Part shown: positions 41,562 to 62,125 of the stretch, piece by piece | Numbering within the stretch: the first letter of the stretch is position 1 | How the letters are laid out: each line of letters opens with the position of its first letter | NCBI RefSeq assembly: GCF_009914755.1 | Contig: NC_060947.1 | Source: the human T2T-CHM13v2.0 reference genome, Homo sapiens | Reading direction: 5' to 3' (one strand) | Length of the DNA stretch: 64,000 nucleotides | Position numbers and translations under genes: made by a program | The notes under the pieces: model-generated | Databases searched by the model: none | What the model was told of the DNA's origin: nothing | Seen by the model: only the letters and a program-made list of their open reading frames with translations

Positions 41562-44500
41562 TTTTTTTTTCTTTTAATTATACTTTAAGTTCTGGGATAT
41601 ATGTGCAGAACGTGCAGGTTTGTGACATAGGTATACATGTGCCATAGTGGTTTGCTGCACCCATCAACCCGTCATCTACATTAGGTATTTCTCCTACTGC
41701 TATCCCTCCCCTAGTGCTCCACCCCCTGACAGGCCCTGATGTGTGATGTTCCCCTCCCTGTGTCCATGTGTTCTCATTGTTCAACTCCCACTTATGAGTG
41801 AGAACATGTAGTATTTGGTTTTTGGTTTTCTGTTCCTGTTTTAGTTTGCTGAGAAAGATGGTTTCTGGCTTCATCCATGTCCCTGCAAAGAACATGAACT
41901 CATCCTTTTTCATGGCCGCATAGTATTCCATGGTGTATATGTGCCACATTTGCTTTATCCAGCCTATCATTGATGGGCATTTGGGTTGGTTCCAGGACTT
42001 CACTATTGTGAACAGTGCTGCAATAAACATATGTGTGCATGTGTCTTTATAGTAGCATGATTTGTAATCTTTTGGGTCTATACCCAGTCAAGGTGATTGC
42101 TGGGTCTAATGGTATTTCTGGTTCTAGATCCTTGAGGAATCACCACACTGTCTTCCACAATGGCTGAAATAATTTACATTCCCACCAACAGTGTAAAAGC
42201 ATTCCTATTTCTCCACATGCTCTTTAGCATCTGTTGTATCCTGAGTTTTTAATGATCGCCATTCTAACTGGTGTGAGATGGTATCTCATTGTGGTTTTGA
42301 TTTGCATTTCTCTAATGACCAATGATGATGAGCTTTTTATCATATATTTGTTGGCCGCATAAATGTCTTCTTTTGAGAAGTGTCTGTTCATATCCTTCGC
42401 CCACTTTTTCATGGGTTTTGTTTTTCTTGTAAATTGGTTTAAGTTCTGTGTAGATTCTGGATATTAGCCGTTTGTCAGATTGAGAGATGGTAAAAATTTT
42501 CTCCCATTCTTTAGGTTGCCTGTTCACTCTGATGATAGTTTCTTTTGCTGTGTAGAAGCTCTTTCATTGAATTAGATCCCATTTGTCAATTTTGGCTTTT
42601 GTTGCCATTGCTTTTGGTGTTTTAGTCATGAAGTCTTTGCCCATGCCTATGTCCTGAATGGTATTGCCTAGGATTTCTTCTAGGGTTTTTATGGTTTTAC
42701 ATCTTACGTTTAAGTCTTTAATCCATCTTGAGTTAATTTTTGTATAGGGTGTAAGGAAGTGGTCCAGTTTCAGTTTTCTGAATATGGCTATCCAGTTTTC
42801 CCAACACCATTTATTAAACAGGGAATCCTATCCCCATTGCTTGTTTTTGCCAGGTTTGTCAAAGATCAGATGGTTGTAGATGTGTGATGTTATTTCTGAG
42901 GCCTCTGTTCTGTTCCATTGGTCTATATATCAGTTTTGGTGCCAGTGCCATGGCGTTTTGGTTACTGTAGCCATGTAGTGTAGTTTGAAGTCAGGTAGCA
43001 TGATGCCTCCAGATTTTTTTTTTTCTTTTTTTTTTCCACTGAGGATTGTCTTGACTATACGGGCTCTTTTTTGGTTCCATATGAAATTTAAAGAGTTTTT
43101 TTTTTAATTCTGTGAAGAAAGTCATTGGTAGCTTGATGCTGATGGCATTGAATCTATAAATTACCTTGGGCAGTATGGCCATTTTCACGATATTGATTCT
43201 TCCTACCCATGAGCATGAAATATTCTTCCATTGGTTTGTGTCCTCTTTTATTTTGTTGAACAGTGGTTTGTAGTTCTCCTTCAAGAGGTCCTTCATATCC
43301 CTTGTAAGTTGGATTCCTACGTTTTTTATTATCTTTGTAGCAATTGTGAATAGGAGTTTCACTCATGATTTGGCTCTCTGTTTGTCTGTTATTGTTGTAT
43401 AGGAATGCTTGTGATTTTTGCACATTGATTTTTTATCCTGAGAGTTTGCTGAAGCTGTTTATCAGCTTAAGGAGTTTCTGGGCTGAGACGATGGGGTTTT
43501 CTAAATATACAGTCATGCTCTCTGCAAACCCAGACAATTTGACTTTCTCTCTTCCTATTTGAATACCCTTTATTTCTTTCTCTTACCTGATTGCCCTGGC
43601 CAGAACTTCCAATACTATGTTGAATAGGAGTGGTGAGAGAGCACATCCTTGTCTTGTGCCGGTTTTCAAAGGGAATGCTTTCAGCCTTCGCCCATTCAGT
43701 GAGATATTGGCTGTGGGTTTGTCAGAAATAGCTTGTATTATTTTGAGATACGTTCCATCAATACCTAGTTTATTGAGAGTTTTTAGCATGAAGGGCTGTT
43801 GCATTTTATCGAAGGCTTTTTCTGCATCTATTGAGATAATCACGTGGTTTTTGTCATTGGTTCTGTTTATGTGATGGATTATGCTTACTGATTTGTGTAT
43901 GTTGAACCAGCCTTGCATCCCAGGGATGAACCCAGCTTGATCGTGGTGGATAAGCTTTTTGATGTGCTGGTGGATTTCGCTTGCCAGTATTTTATTGCGG
44001 ATTTTTGCATCAATGTTCATCAGGCATATTGGCCTGAAATTTCCTTTTTACGTTGTGTCTCTGCCAGGTTTTGGTATCAGGATGATGCTGGCCTCATAAA
44101 ATGAGTTAGGGAGGATTCTCTCTTTTTCTATTTATTGGAATAGTTTCAGAAGGAATGGTACCAGCTTCTCTCTGTACCTCAGGTAGAATTTGGCTGTGAA
44201 TCCATCTGGTCCTGGGTTTTGTTTTGGTTGGTAGGCTATTAATTACTGCCTCAATTTCAGAACTTGTTGTTGGTCCATTCAGGGATTCTACTTCTTCCTT
44301 GTTTGGTCTTGGCAGAGTGTGTGTGTGTTTGTGTGTCCAGGAGCTTATCCATTTCTTCTTGATTTTTTAGTTTATTTGCATAGAGGTGTTTGTAGTATTC
44401 TCTGATGGTAGTTTGTATTTCTGTGGGATCAGTGGTGATTTCTCCTTTATCTTTTTTTGTCTATTTGATTCTTCTACCTAGTGGTCTATCTACTTTGTTA

Positions 44501-46099
44501 ATCTTTTCCAAAAAACTAGCTCTTGAATTCATTCATTTTTTTGAAGGGTTTTTTGTATCTCTATCTCTTTCAGTTCTGCTCTGACCTTAGTTATTTCTTG
44601 TCTTCTTCCAGCTTTTGTATTTGTTTGCTCTTGCTTCTCTCATTGTTTTAATTGTAATGTTAGGGTGTTGATTTTAGATCTTTCCTGCTTTCTCCTGTGG
44701 GCATTTAGTGCTATAAATTTCCATCTAAACACTGCTTTAGCTGTGTTCCAGAGATTCTGGTATGTTGTGGCTTTGTTCGTATTAGTTTCAGAGAATTTAT
44801 TTATTTTTGACTTAATTTTGTTATTTACCCAGTAGTCATTCAGGAGCAGGTTGTTCAGTTTCCATGTAGTTGTGCAGTTTTGAGTGAGTTTCTTAATTCT
44901 GAGTTCTAATTTGATTGCACCGTGGTCTGAGAGACTGTTATGATTTCTGTTCTTTTGCATTTGCTGAGGAGTGTTTTACTTCCAATTATGTGATCAATTT
45001 TGGAATAAGTGCAATGTGGTGCTGAGAAGAATGTGTATTCTGTTGATTTGGAGTGGAGAGTTCTGTAGATGTCTATTAGGTCTGTTTTTTCCACAGCTGA
45101 GTTCTAGTCCTGAATAGCCTTGGTAATTTTCTGTCTCGTTGGTCTGTCTAATATTGACAGTGAGGTGTTAATATCTCCCACTATTATTGTGTGGGAGTCT
45201 AAGTCTCTTTGTAAGTCTCTAAGAACTTGCGTTATGAATCTGGGCGCTCCTGTATTGGGTGTATATATATGTAGGATAGTTAGCTCTTCTTGTTGCATTG
45301 ATCCCTTTACCATTATGTAATGGCCTTCTTTGTCTTTTTTGATCTTTGTTGGTTTAAGGTCTGTTTTATCAGAGACTAGGATTGCAACCCCTGCTTTTTT
45401 TTTTCTTTCCATTTGTTTGGTAAATATTTCTCCATCCCTTTATTTTGAGCCTATGTGTGTGTTTGCATGTGAGATGGGACTCCTGAATACAGCACAATGT
45501 TGGGTCTTGACTCTTAATCCATTTTGCCAGTCTGTGTCTTTTTATTGGGACATTTAGTCCATTTACATTTAAGATTAATATTGTTATGTGTAAATTTGAT
45601 TCTGTCATTATGATGATAGCTGGTTATTTTGCCCGTTAGTTGATGCATTTTCTTCATAGTATCGATGGTCTTTACAATTTGGTATGTTTTTGCAGTGGCT
45701 GGTACTGGGTTTTCCTTTCCATATTTAGTGCTTCCTTCAGAGCTCTTGTAATGCAGGCCTGGTGGTGACAAAATCTCTCAGCATTTGCTTGTCTGCAAAG
45801 TATTTTATTTCTCCTTCACTTATGAAGCTCAGTTTGGCTGGATATGAAATTCTGGGTTGAAAATTATTTTCTTTAAGAGTGTTGAACATTGGCCCCCACT
45901 CTCATGTGGCTTGTAGAGTTTCTGCAGAGAGATCCGCTGTTAGTCTGATGGGCTTCCCTTTGTGGGTAACCCGACCTTTCTCTCTGGCTGCCCTTAACAT
46001 TTTTTTCTTCATTTCAGTCTTGGTGAATTTGATGATTATGTGTCTTGAGGTTGCTCTTCTCGAGGAGTATCTTTGTGGTGTGCACTGTATTTCAGGAAA
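41562..46099 (-). mobile_element. 5'-truncated LINE-1 (L1PA7/8-like), from mid-ORF1 to the 3' end
   Basis: Consecutive ORF1 and ORF2 peptides on the minus strand; T-rich tail at 41562; TSD cactttcccttttc at 41548-41561 and 46100-46113. Confidence 0.95.
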
Positions 46100-48230
46100 C
46101 ACTTTCCCTTTTCATTCAAGTCACTAAGTGCACCCTACACTTGGGAGAAGGGGAATGCTCCCATCTTTTATGTTAATAGCACACTCTTTTAAAATTCTGT
46201 TTATGTCATTTCAGTGTTTAAATGTTTTAACTATTGAGATACTCAAATGGATGTTTTTTTTTCTTATGCTTTGTACATTTTTACATCTTAAGAAACCTTT
46301 CCTTGTTCTGATTTGTTTTATCAGAGTTTTCTTATGTTTTTTTCAAAATATTTGCCATTTTGCTTTTCATACTTTAATGTACCTATGACTCATTTGTATA
46401 TGTAACATAAGGAAGAGGTTTAATTTTATCTTTTCCCATATGACTATATGGTTGTCCAGTCACCATTTAAAACACATAGTCCATTTCTACCCATTATACT
46501 CAACCAAGATGTTCTAGTCTTCTCAGAACAAACAATTTCTGCTTTAAGGTGCCTTATCAGATCTACTTACGTAAGTGGTAGGCAATGTTATGAAAGCTTC
46601 TCTTGCTGAAATAAAGCTCTGCTTTTTATGGCCCAAAACAGATAATGGCAAACAAAAAGAATATTCCTGTTATATTATTTAAAATGATCAGTTATTAAAC
46701 AACCAGTTTAAGGGGATATAATATCACCATCATGATCCATTGACCTTATATATTTTTAGAAAATATTTCGATTTTGAGGCATTTCTTTCAGAAATTTTGG
46801 AATTTACTGGAATTTCTGTTGATAATTTAGAATTACTCAGCAATCATTTTTATACAGTACAGTTTTCTGTCTTCACTAATGAGTGTGTGCATGCATGTGC
46901 AAAAGTATGCTTTCCCACAATTTTTTCTGTCTTATGGAGTAAAGAAGAAACAGTTGTTAGCTGTGACTTGACTGTGTGCACCTTCCAACCAGGGACTGTA
47001 TTCTCCTTTATACTTACCAAGTATAACCTGTTTTTAAGGTTGCATTTCAAATTATATTATATTGTTTCTACCCATGGAGAACTCGAGTGACATTTACTAT
47101 ATTGCCTTAATCTGAAGATGCTTTGAATTCCAAATTGCAGCATGGATAGGTCATAGCTTTTATAAGTTTATGTCAATTATAAGATAAATGTTTATTTCAG
47201 AGTTGTTAAAAAGTAAAAAACAACAAACAACAATGTGTATCCTAGAATTGAGGGAATATGGTACTACTTAATTCATCCATTTAGAAATTGTATACAGTTT
47301 TCTTGTAAAGTTCTTTAGTATTCTGTTTAGCCAAATGGCTTAGAACATCTACATTTGCCTTTCGTCTGTAAATTCTTTTGAGGGCAGAATCTATTCTAAC
47401 CACTGTATTTCTGTTACCTATCAGAGTCATGGTGTATAAAAGGTGCTCAAGAAATGTTTTTAATGGGGTTTAATTAAGATTTTCTATATCTTCCTCTTAG
47501 CACCTATAATGGGGCTTTATATAGGGCAGCCAAAGACTTATCAATAATAAAAGAATCAAGCAACTGGGGCATGGATAGAAAAAGTTAAAGATCTCAAGGA
47601 TTTACAGCATTCCATCAAACATAAGCAAAGATGCAATTGTCAGAAGCAGAATGTCCAAGTGCTGAGAAGACCTGCCCCTCTTTCAGCCATCTCTTTGAAT
47701 GCTAGTGTAAGTAGCACCAGACTTTGAATCAGTGAAAGTTATTCCATTGAATAGTAGCATTCACCTTTCTTCCTTTCTGAGCATGGTGGTATTTAGTTGC
47801 TCTCTATTTAGTCAGCATCTCTCCCTAATGTCTAACTCCTCTATTTGAGAATATTAGTCAGTAAGCTTCTAGCTGATATCTTCAACCAATTTCTCTCTCA
47901 GAAATCACAATGTTATTCGTGCAAGGGATGATGCCATTAAGAAAAGTATTGTTTGAAAATTGATCAAATTCCTCCTCACCACACTCATTGTGTGACTCAG
48001 CTGCCTGTCCACTTCTCCCCCTTGGTGGGGAATGGTGAGGCTCCTGGGAGTTACTGGGATATTCCTGAGAAAAGCATGGAAAATAGGGTAGGAGACCACA
48101 GTAACCTGGTTTTGTTGGAGTTAGGGTTAAATCCAACTCTTCTAGTGGCCAAATAACTTTATAGTTGAAGGGGAGCCATATGTATATCCATGAAAACAGA
48201 TTGGAGTGGAGCACAGAATGATTAGTTTCA

Positions 48231-48275
48231 TACTAATACTAACCATACTAATACTAACCTTACTAATACTTACCT
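48231..48275. repeat. 15-bp unit x3 minisatellite
   Basis: tactaatactaacca / tactaatactaacct / tactaatacttacct. Confidence 0.85.
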
Positions 48276-48339
48276 AGCACAGTCATGGCGTATAAAAAGT
48301 GTTCAATAAATGTTAGCAATGCTGTTAATTACTAATACT

Positions 48340-49265
48340 AAGTGCTGGTGAATGTGTAGGGAACTATGAACAATCTCATACTGTTGGTATCAATGTTAAT
48401 TGTTACAAGTACTTTGAAAATAGTTTAGCATTACTAGTAAAGTAGAAGACCTGCATAATCTGTGATCCAGTAATTTCACTCCTGGGTATAGACTCTTTAA
48501 GGCCTTCCTGCTCCAAATGTGGTCCATAGACCAGCTATAACATCACCTGGGAGCTTGTTAGAAATGTGTGATCTCAAGCCCCACCCCAGACCTACAGAAT
48601 CAGAATCTGAATTTTAACAAGATATCAAGTGATTTGTATGCACATTAAAGTATGAGAAGCATCTAGAGGAACTATTTACTTGTAAACAAGGAGACTTTGT
48701 TTCAAGAATATTCTTTCTTTCAAGAATATTCATGATATCAAAAAACAGAAACAACCCAGATACCAGTGAATAGGAGAATAGATAATTATGGAATTTTGAT
48801 AGTATGCATAGCAGTGCTAAATAAATGAACTAGAGCCACATGGATAAATCTCAAAAACATAATATTAGAGTGGAGGACAAATTGCAGAATGCATATAATG
48901 TGATAACTTTTATAAGACTTAAAAATATATCACTTATACTTTTTATACATATATACTAAAAGTATAAAAACATGCATGGGAATAAAATCACCAAATATAA
49001 GGCTTAAAAATATATCAGTTATACTATTTATACATATATACTAAAAGTATAAAAACACATGGGAATAAAACCACCAAATTCACGATAGTAGTTACTTCTA
49101 GGATGGAGAGGAATGGGATCTTGGAGGGTTATTCACTGGCTTGAAGCATATTTATAATATTTCATTTACTTGTTTGAAAGCTTAAGCAAATATAGCAGCA
49201 TGCTATAATTTGACAAACTTGAGAATTAGCTGCATGGATTTTCATTATTTTATTCTTTATTCTTT
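48340..49265 (+). mobile_element. L1ME-type 3' fragment with inserted MER5A (~48505-48665)
   Basis: tgatccagtaatttcactcctgggtata and catggataaatctcaaaaacataat (L1M); catcacctgggagcttgttagaaatg...gcacattaaagt (MER5A). Confidence 0.75.
48911..49078. repeat. ~85-bp tandem duplication
   Basis: tataagacttaaaaatatatc...caccaaa is repeated at 48996 with a few substitutions and a 2-bp indel. Confidence 0.9.
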
Positions 49266-49559
49266 TTCAAATAATCTACCAGAGAGAATGCATCTACTAG
49301 TATCACAGCCATATTAATATAGGTACCTGAGAAATACTAAACCTGTTAAAATTTTCTCTCCTCAGTTACTTAAATAAATCATCTTTTCTTTATATGTGAT
49401 CTGTGATTGATGACCATCTCCCCTTCAGTATCACTCCAGTCTGGAGAATCTCTAGTCCCCAAAGTTCATCACTCATCATATATTGATTGTGAATATATTA
49501 GGTGGGTATACAGTGGTGAACAAGACAAAAAAAGCAATTACACTCATGGAGGTTGTATT

Positions 49560-50042
49560 CTAGTGGTAAAAGACTTGTAAGAATCTAGTCGAGGTGGAGC
49601 CAAGATGGCCGAATAGGAAAAGCTCCAGTCTACAGCTCCCAGTATGAGCGATGCAGAAGATGGGTGATTTCTGCATTTCCAACTGAGGTACCAGGTTCAT
49701 CTCACTGGAGAGTGCCAGACAGTGGGTGCAGGACTGTGGGTGCAGTGCACCGTGTGTGAGCCAAAGCAGGGCGAGGCATTGCCTCACGCAGGAAACGCAA
49801 GGGGTCAGGGAATTGCCTTTCTTAGTCAAAGAAAGGGGTGACAGATGGCACCTGGAAAATCGGGTCACTCCCACCCTAATACTGCACTTTTCCAACGGGC
49901 TTAACAAATGGCACACCAGGAGATTATATCCTGCACCTGGTTCAGAGAGTCCTACGCCCATGGATCCTGGCTGTTTGTTAGCACAGGGGTCTGACATCAA
50001 ACTGCAAGTCGGCAGTGAGGCTGGGGGAGGGGCGCCCGCCAT
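49560..50042 (-). CDS. L1 antisense ORF0, open and C-terminally extended (160 aa); expression unknown
   Basis: MAGAPPPASLP.CSL.SD.CA...RVGVTRFSRC matches the primate ORF0 peptide; ATG context gcaATGg; the stop lies in flanking DNA outside the L1. Confidence 0.45.
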   Translation of the reverse strand: MAGAPPPASLPTCSLMSDPCANKQPGSMGVGLSEPGAGYNLLVCHLLSPLEKCSIRVGVTRFSRCHLSPLSLTKKGNSLTPCVSCVRQCLALLWLTHGALHPQSCTHCLALSSEMNLVPQLEMQKSPIFCIAHTGSCRLELFLFGHLGSTSTRFLQVFYH

Positions 50043-50616
50043 TGCCGAGGCTTGAGTAGGTAAACAAAGCAGCCGGGAAACTCGAACTGGGTGGAGCCCA
50101 CCACAGCTCAAGGACCCTGCCTGCCTCTGTAAGCTCCACCTCTGGGGGCAGGGCACAGACAAACGAAATGCAGCAGTAACCTTTGCAGACTTAAATGTTC
50201 CTGTCTGACAGCTTTGAAGAGAGTAGTGGCTCTCCCAGCATGCAGCTTGAGCTCAGAGAACGGGCAGACTGCCTCCTCAAGTGGGTCCCTGACCCCTGAG
50301 TAGCCTAACTGGGAGGCACCCCAGAGTAGGGGTGGACTGACACCTCACACGGCCGGGTACTCCTCTGACACAAAACTTCCAGAGGAACGATCAGGCAGCA
50401 ACATTTGTAGTTCACCAATATCCGCTGTTCTGCAGCGACCACTGCTGATACCCAGGCAAACAGGGTCTGGAGTGGAACTCCAGCAATCTCCAACAAACCT
50501 GCAGCTGAGGGTCCTGACTGTTAGAAGGAAAACTAACAAACAGAAAGGACATCCACACCAAAAACCCATCTGTATGTCACCATCATCAAAGACCAAAGGT
50601 AGATAAAACCACAAAG

Positions 50617-51633
50617 ATGGGGAAAAAACAGAGCAGAAAAACCAGAAACTCTAAAAATCAGAGCGATTCTCCTCCTCCAAAGGAGCGCAGCTCCTCACTA
50701 GCAATGGAACAAAGCTGGACGGAGAATGACTTTGACGAGTTGAGAGAAGAAGGCTTCAGAAGATCAAACTACTCCGAGCTAAAGGAGGAAGTTCGAACCA
50801 ATGGCAAAGAAGTTAAAAACCTTGAAAAAAAATTAGACAAACGACTAACTAGAATAACCAATGCAGAGAAATACCTAAAGGACCTGGTGGAACTGAAAAC
50901 CATGGCATGAGAACTACGTGATGAATGCACATGCGTCAGTAGCTGATTTCATCAACTGGAAGAAAGAGTATCAGCGATGGAAGATGAAATGAATGAAATG
51001 AAGGGAGAAAAGAAGTTTAGAGTAAAAGAAATAAAAAGAAATGAGCAAAGCCTCCAACAAATATGGGACTATGGGAAAAGACCAAATCTACATCTGACTG
51101 GTGTACCTGAAAGTGATGGGGAGAATGGAACCAAGTCACAAAACACTGTGCAGGCTATTATTGAGGAGAACTTCCCCAATCTAGCAAGGCAGGCCAACAT
51201 TCAAATTCAGGAAATACAGAGAATGCCACAAAGATACTCCTCGAGAAGAGCAACTCCAAGACACATAATTGTCAGATTCACCAAAGTTGAAATGAAGGAA
51301 AAAATGTTAAGGGCAGCCAGAGAGAAAGGTCGGGTTACCCACAAAGTGAAGCCCATCAGACTAACAGGTGATCTCTCGGCAGAAGCTCTACAAGCCAGAA
51401 GAGATGGGGTGCCAATATTCAACATTCTTAAAGAAAAGAATTTTCAACCCAGAATTTCATATCCAACCAAACTAAGCTTCATAAGTGAAGGAGAAATAAA
51501 ATACTTTACAGACAAGCAAATGCTGAGAGATTTTGTTACCACCAGGCCTGCCCTAAAAGAGCTCCTGAAGGAAGCACTAAACATGGAAAGGAAAAACCAG
51601 TACCAGCCACTGCAAAAACATGCCAAATTGTAA
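50617..51633 (+). pseudogene. L1 ORF1 (338 codons, no frameshift, two in-frame TGA stops)
   Basis: MGKKQSRK...QKHAKL; TGA at 50908 and 50944, consistent with CGA>TGA decay. Confidence 0.93.
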
Positions 51634-51696
51634 AGACCATCAAGGCTAGGAAGAAACGGCATCAACTAACAAGTAAAATAACCAGCTAACATCATA

Positions 51697-55512
<3,816 letters not shown>

Positions 55513-55750
55513 TCAATGAGTACGCATGGACACAAGAAGGGGAACATCACACACCAGGGACTGTTGTGGGGTGGGGGGTGGTGGGGTGGAATAGCATTAG
55601 GAGATATACCTAATGTTAAAGGTTGAGTTAATGGGTGCAGCACACCAACATTGCACATGTGTACATATATAACAAATCTGTACGTCATGCACTTGTACCC
55701 TAAAACTTAAAGTATAATAATAATAAAATTAATAAAAAAAGAATCTAGTC

Positions 55751-56640
55751 AACAAATGCATAGGCAAGATAATTGCAGCTTATGGTCACTATTACAATGA
55801 AAATAAATCAGGATAATGAAGGGTGAGCGACTAGAACGTATATGTAATGAAGATCGTTTCGATTGGGTTGCATAGGGAAGTTTTTATATTAGGCCATCTT
55901 TAGGCTGGTTCCTAGGATAATGGAAAAGAGTTAGACATGTGAAACATGGAAGAAGAGCATGTCCGACAGAGAAGCCAACAAGTGCAAAGGCCCTGAATTG
56001 AAGGCAAGTTCAGACTGTTGGAGGAATAGCTAGAAGTTCAATGTGGCTGGTGCATAGTCATCAAGTAATGGAGAATTGTTAAGAGAGTTCTTTAAAGCAC
56101 TGAGACATTGAAACATTTTAAGCATATCAGCATGTTCTGTGGATGCCTGTGACCTGTCCGGAGACTGTGGCCCAAGAAAGAGATGATTCTTCAGCTTAGA
56201 TGGTAGCAGTGGAGACAGAAATGTAGACAGTGTCAGAATCCATTTTGGAAGTAGAGTTGACCAGACTTGTTAATGGAGTGAATACAGCGGCGAGGGAATG
56301 AAAAGAACAAAGGATTATTTTTAATTTTTGGCATGAGTGACAGAGCAGTTGGTGGTGCTATTTACTGAGATGAGGAAGAAGGGGAGTGAATTTTGGAACT
56401 AAAATTAACAGTTTAGTGCTGGTCATATTGAATTTGAAATGCTTATTAGATATCCAAGTAGAAGCACTAGAGCAGCATAGCTGGAAATAAAAATTTGGGA
56501 ATCATTAGGATAGAGATGGTATTTAACAACACGGTACTAGATTAGATTACCCAAAGAAAGGGTGTACAGGGAGAAGAAAAGAGATTTGAAGACTGAGTCT
56601 AGGACACCCCAACATTTAAAAGTCTGGTAGATGAGAAGCC
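55751..56640 (-). mobile_element. L2 fragment (continues from ~49500-49578)
   Basis: caagtgcaaaggccctga; ggtggtgctatttactgagatgaggaa; tgaatttgaaatgcttattagatatccaagt. Confidence 0.75.
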
Positions 56641-57231
56641 TTCACTGGTTTGATGAGTCTATTCATGGCGGGAGGTGAGAGGAAAGTTGGTGACTAGGTT
56701 TCTGATGACTAGCAGCTGAATTTTAACTTCAGATTTCGCTTCTTATCCTTGGTAAAATAATTAGCCACAGAGACTTCCTGATAGCTCTTGGTAAGGTAGT
56801 GAAGAAGGCATGGGCTTTGGGGAAGGAAGAAACTCTAGGAGGTGAAAACTTAAGTGGGACGCAAATGTTGTTCAGTGTAAGGCTATGGAGGAAAGCCAAT
56901 GGCTTACTGCTCTGGTTTTCATCTGCTTTCACCTTTCAGCTGCATTCTAAATGGCTGTAATTAAAAACAACTTCTTTGGAACATTGTGTTTGCAGCTGTC
57001 TGCTTTCCCTTGAGAACTCAGGTGATCTCTGGAACCTCATTCCGAATCTACCCTGCACACATGGAGTCTGTTTGCTGGATGGGGTAGAGGTTTCAAGGGG
57101 AGTGAACCCTGATGTTTGCAGATAAAATTATGCATTGAACTCTAAGAATTGTTTGTTCAATGACAAATTCACTGTTTTTGTTTTATTCTTTTTGATAGAA
57201 ATGTTCCTTCCATAGGAATAGACTCCTTGAG

Positions 57232-60852
<3,621 letters not shown>

Positions 60853-61415
60853 TGCAATAGACTCCTTGAGTGTTGGGGATCAGAGCAGAATCAAATCAAT
60901 CTTTTTCTTTGAGTTTTGTGCCTAAGTCTAACCCCTCATGACTTTCTGTTGAGCTCTAAGAAGCCTTGCAAAATAAATGCTTTATATTATAATGTAGAAG
61001 ATTCTTATGTGTGTATAAGTCATGCCCCAATATTTTAAAAAACATTTCCTCTTTTAAAAAAGCATTAAGTGTATTTAAATAGTTTCTAGAAACATAACTT
61101 TTTCTCATGAAAATACAGTGTACATTTTTGCTAGAGGTACAATTAGATGCAGAGAAATTATTTGTGCCAATAACTCAGTCCATTATTTTATGTATTTTAC
61201 TCAGTATATGGGTGTATTAGATGTTGAAAATATTTGCATACATTTTTGGTGCTGGAAGTTGGGAAGTATAGCTCATATGCCAGCAAATAAGATAGTGTGC
61301 TTGCAAACAGGTTTATTTTTTAACTAGTTCATTTTCTTTTTAAGGAATACCAGTAATTAGCTGATTAACATTCTCGACTCTTTACACTCACACTAGAAGT
61401 TGTTAATGTAGAAGA

Positions 61416-61629
61416 CAAGTCAGCAAAGTTTTTCTGTAAATGACCAATAAAACTTTAGGCTTTGCAGGCCATATGGTCTCTATTGCAACAATGCAACTCT
61501 ACCCTTTTAAAGTGAAGAGTTGTATGTCATACATAGACAAATAGGCACAGCTGTGTTCCAATAGTACTTTATTTCTGAAACTAGCTACAGAGCTGGAATT
61601 GGCCAAGTTTATAGTTTGCCCACTCCTGT
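61416..61629. mobile_element. MER58A-type (hAT-Charlie)
   Basis: gtcagcaaagtttttctgtaaa...ttaggctttgcaggccatatggtctct...ctgtgttccaata...tagtttgcccactcctg. Confidence 0.85.
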
Positions 61630-61939
61630 TGTAGAAGATCATTTTACCTGGAATGTCTCAGACCTGATTTATTCCCAATTAAGAAGTTCTTACAATTGCA
61701 GAAAGATACTTTAAAACAGTTGTTACATATCATACCATATATAGCATATAGCAACTGAGGATCTTTTCAACTTGTGAAAGTCACCATAGATGATGCAGTC
61801 ATGTCTACAGATTATTGTTTAATATTTCTTTATAATCTGTTCTACCCCATAGCATTTAAGGCCACCAAGACATCACCAACAGGTTTTTGGAGCCCGTTAG
61901 ATCATACCATCACCACTCTTGCAATATAGTGGGAGACAA

Positions 61940-62125
61940 TTTAGTGTAGTGGTTATAAGATCAGACTTTGAAACCACACAGTTATGAGGTTGAGTCCTAG
62001 CTCTTACTCTTCCACTGTCATGTGACTTACTAAACTTCCCAATGTGTCAGTTTCCACATCTATAAAATGAATTCTTACATGTAAAATACTAGTACTTAGT
62101 AAGCACTCCACAGGCATTATCTGTT
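61940..62125 (+). mobile_element. MIR
   Basis: tagtgtagtggtta...tgtgtcagtttccacatctataaaatg. Confidence 0.7.
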
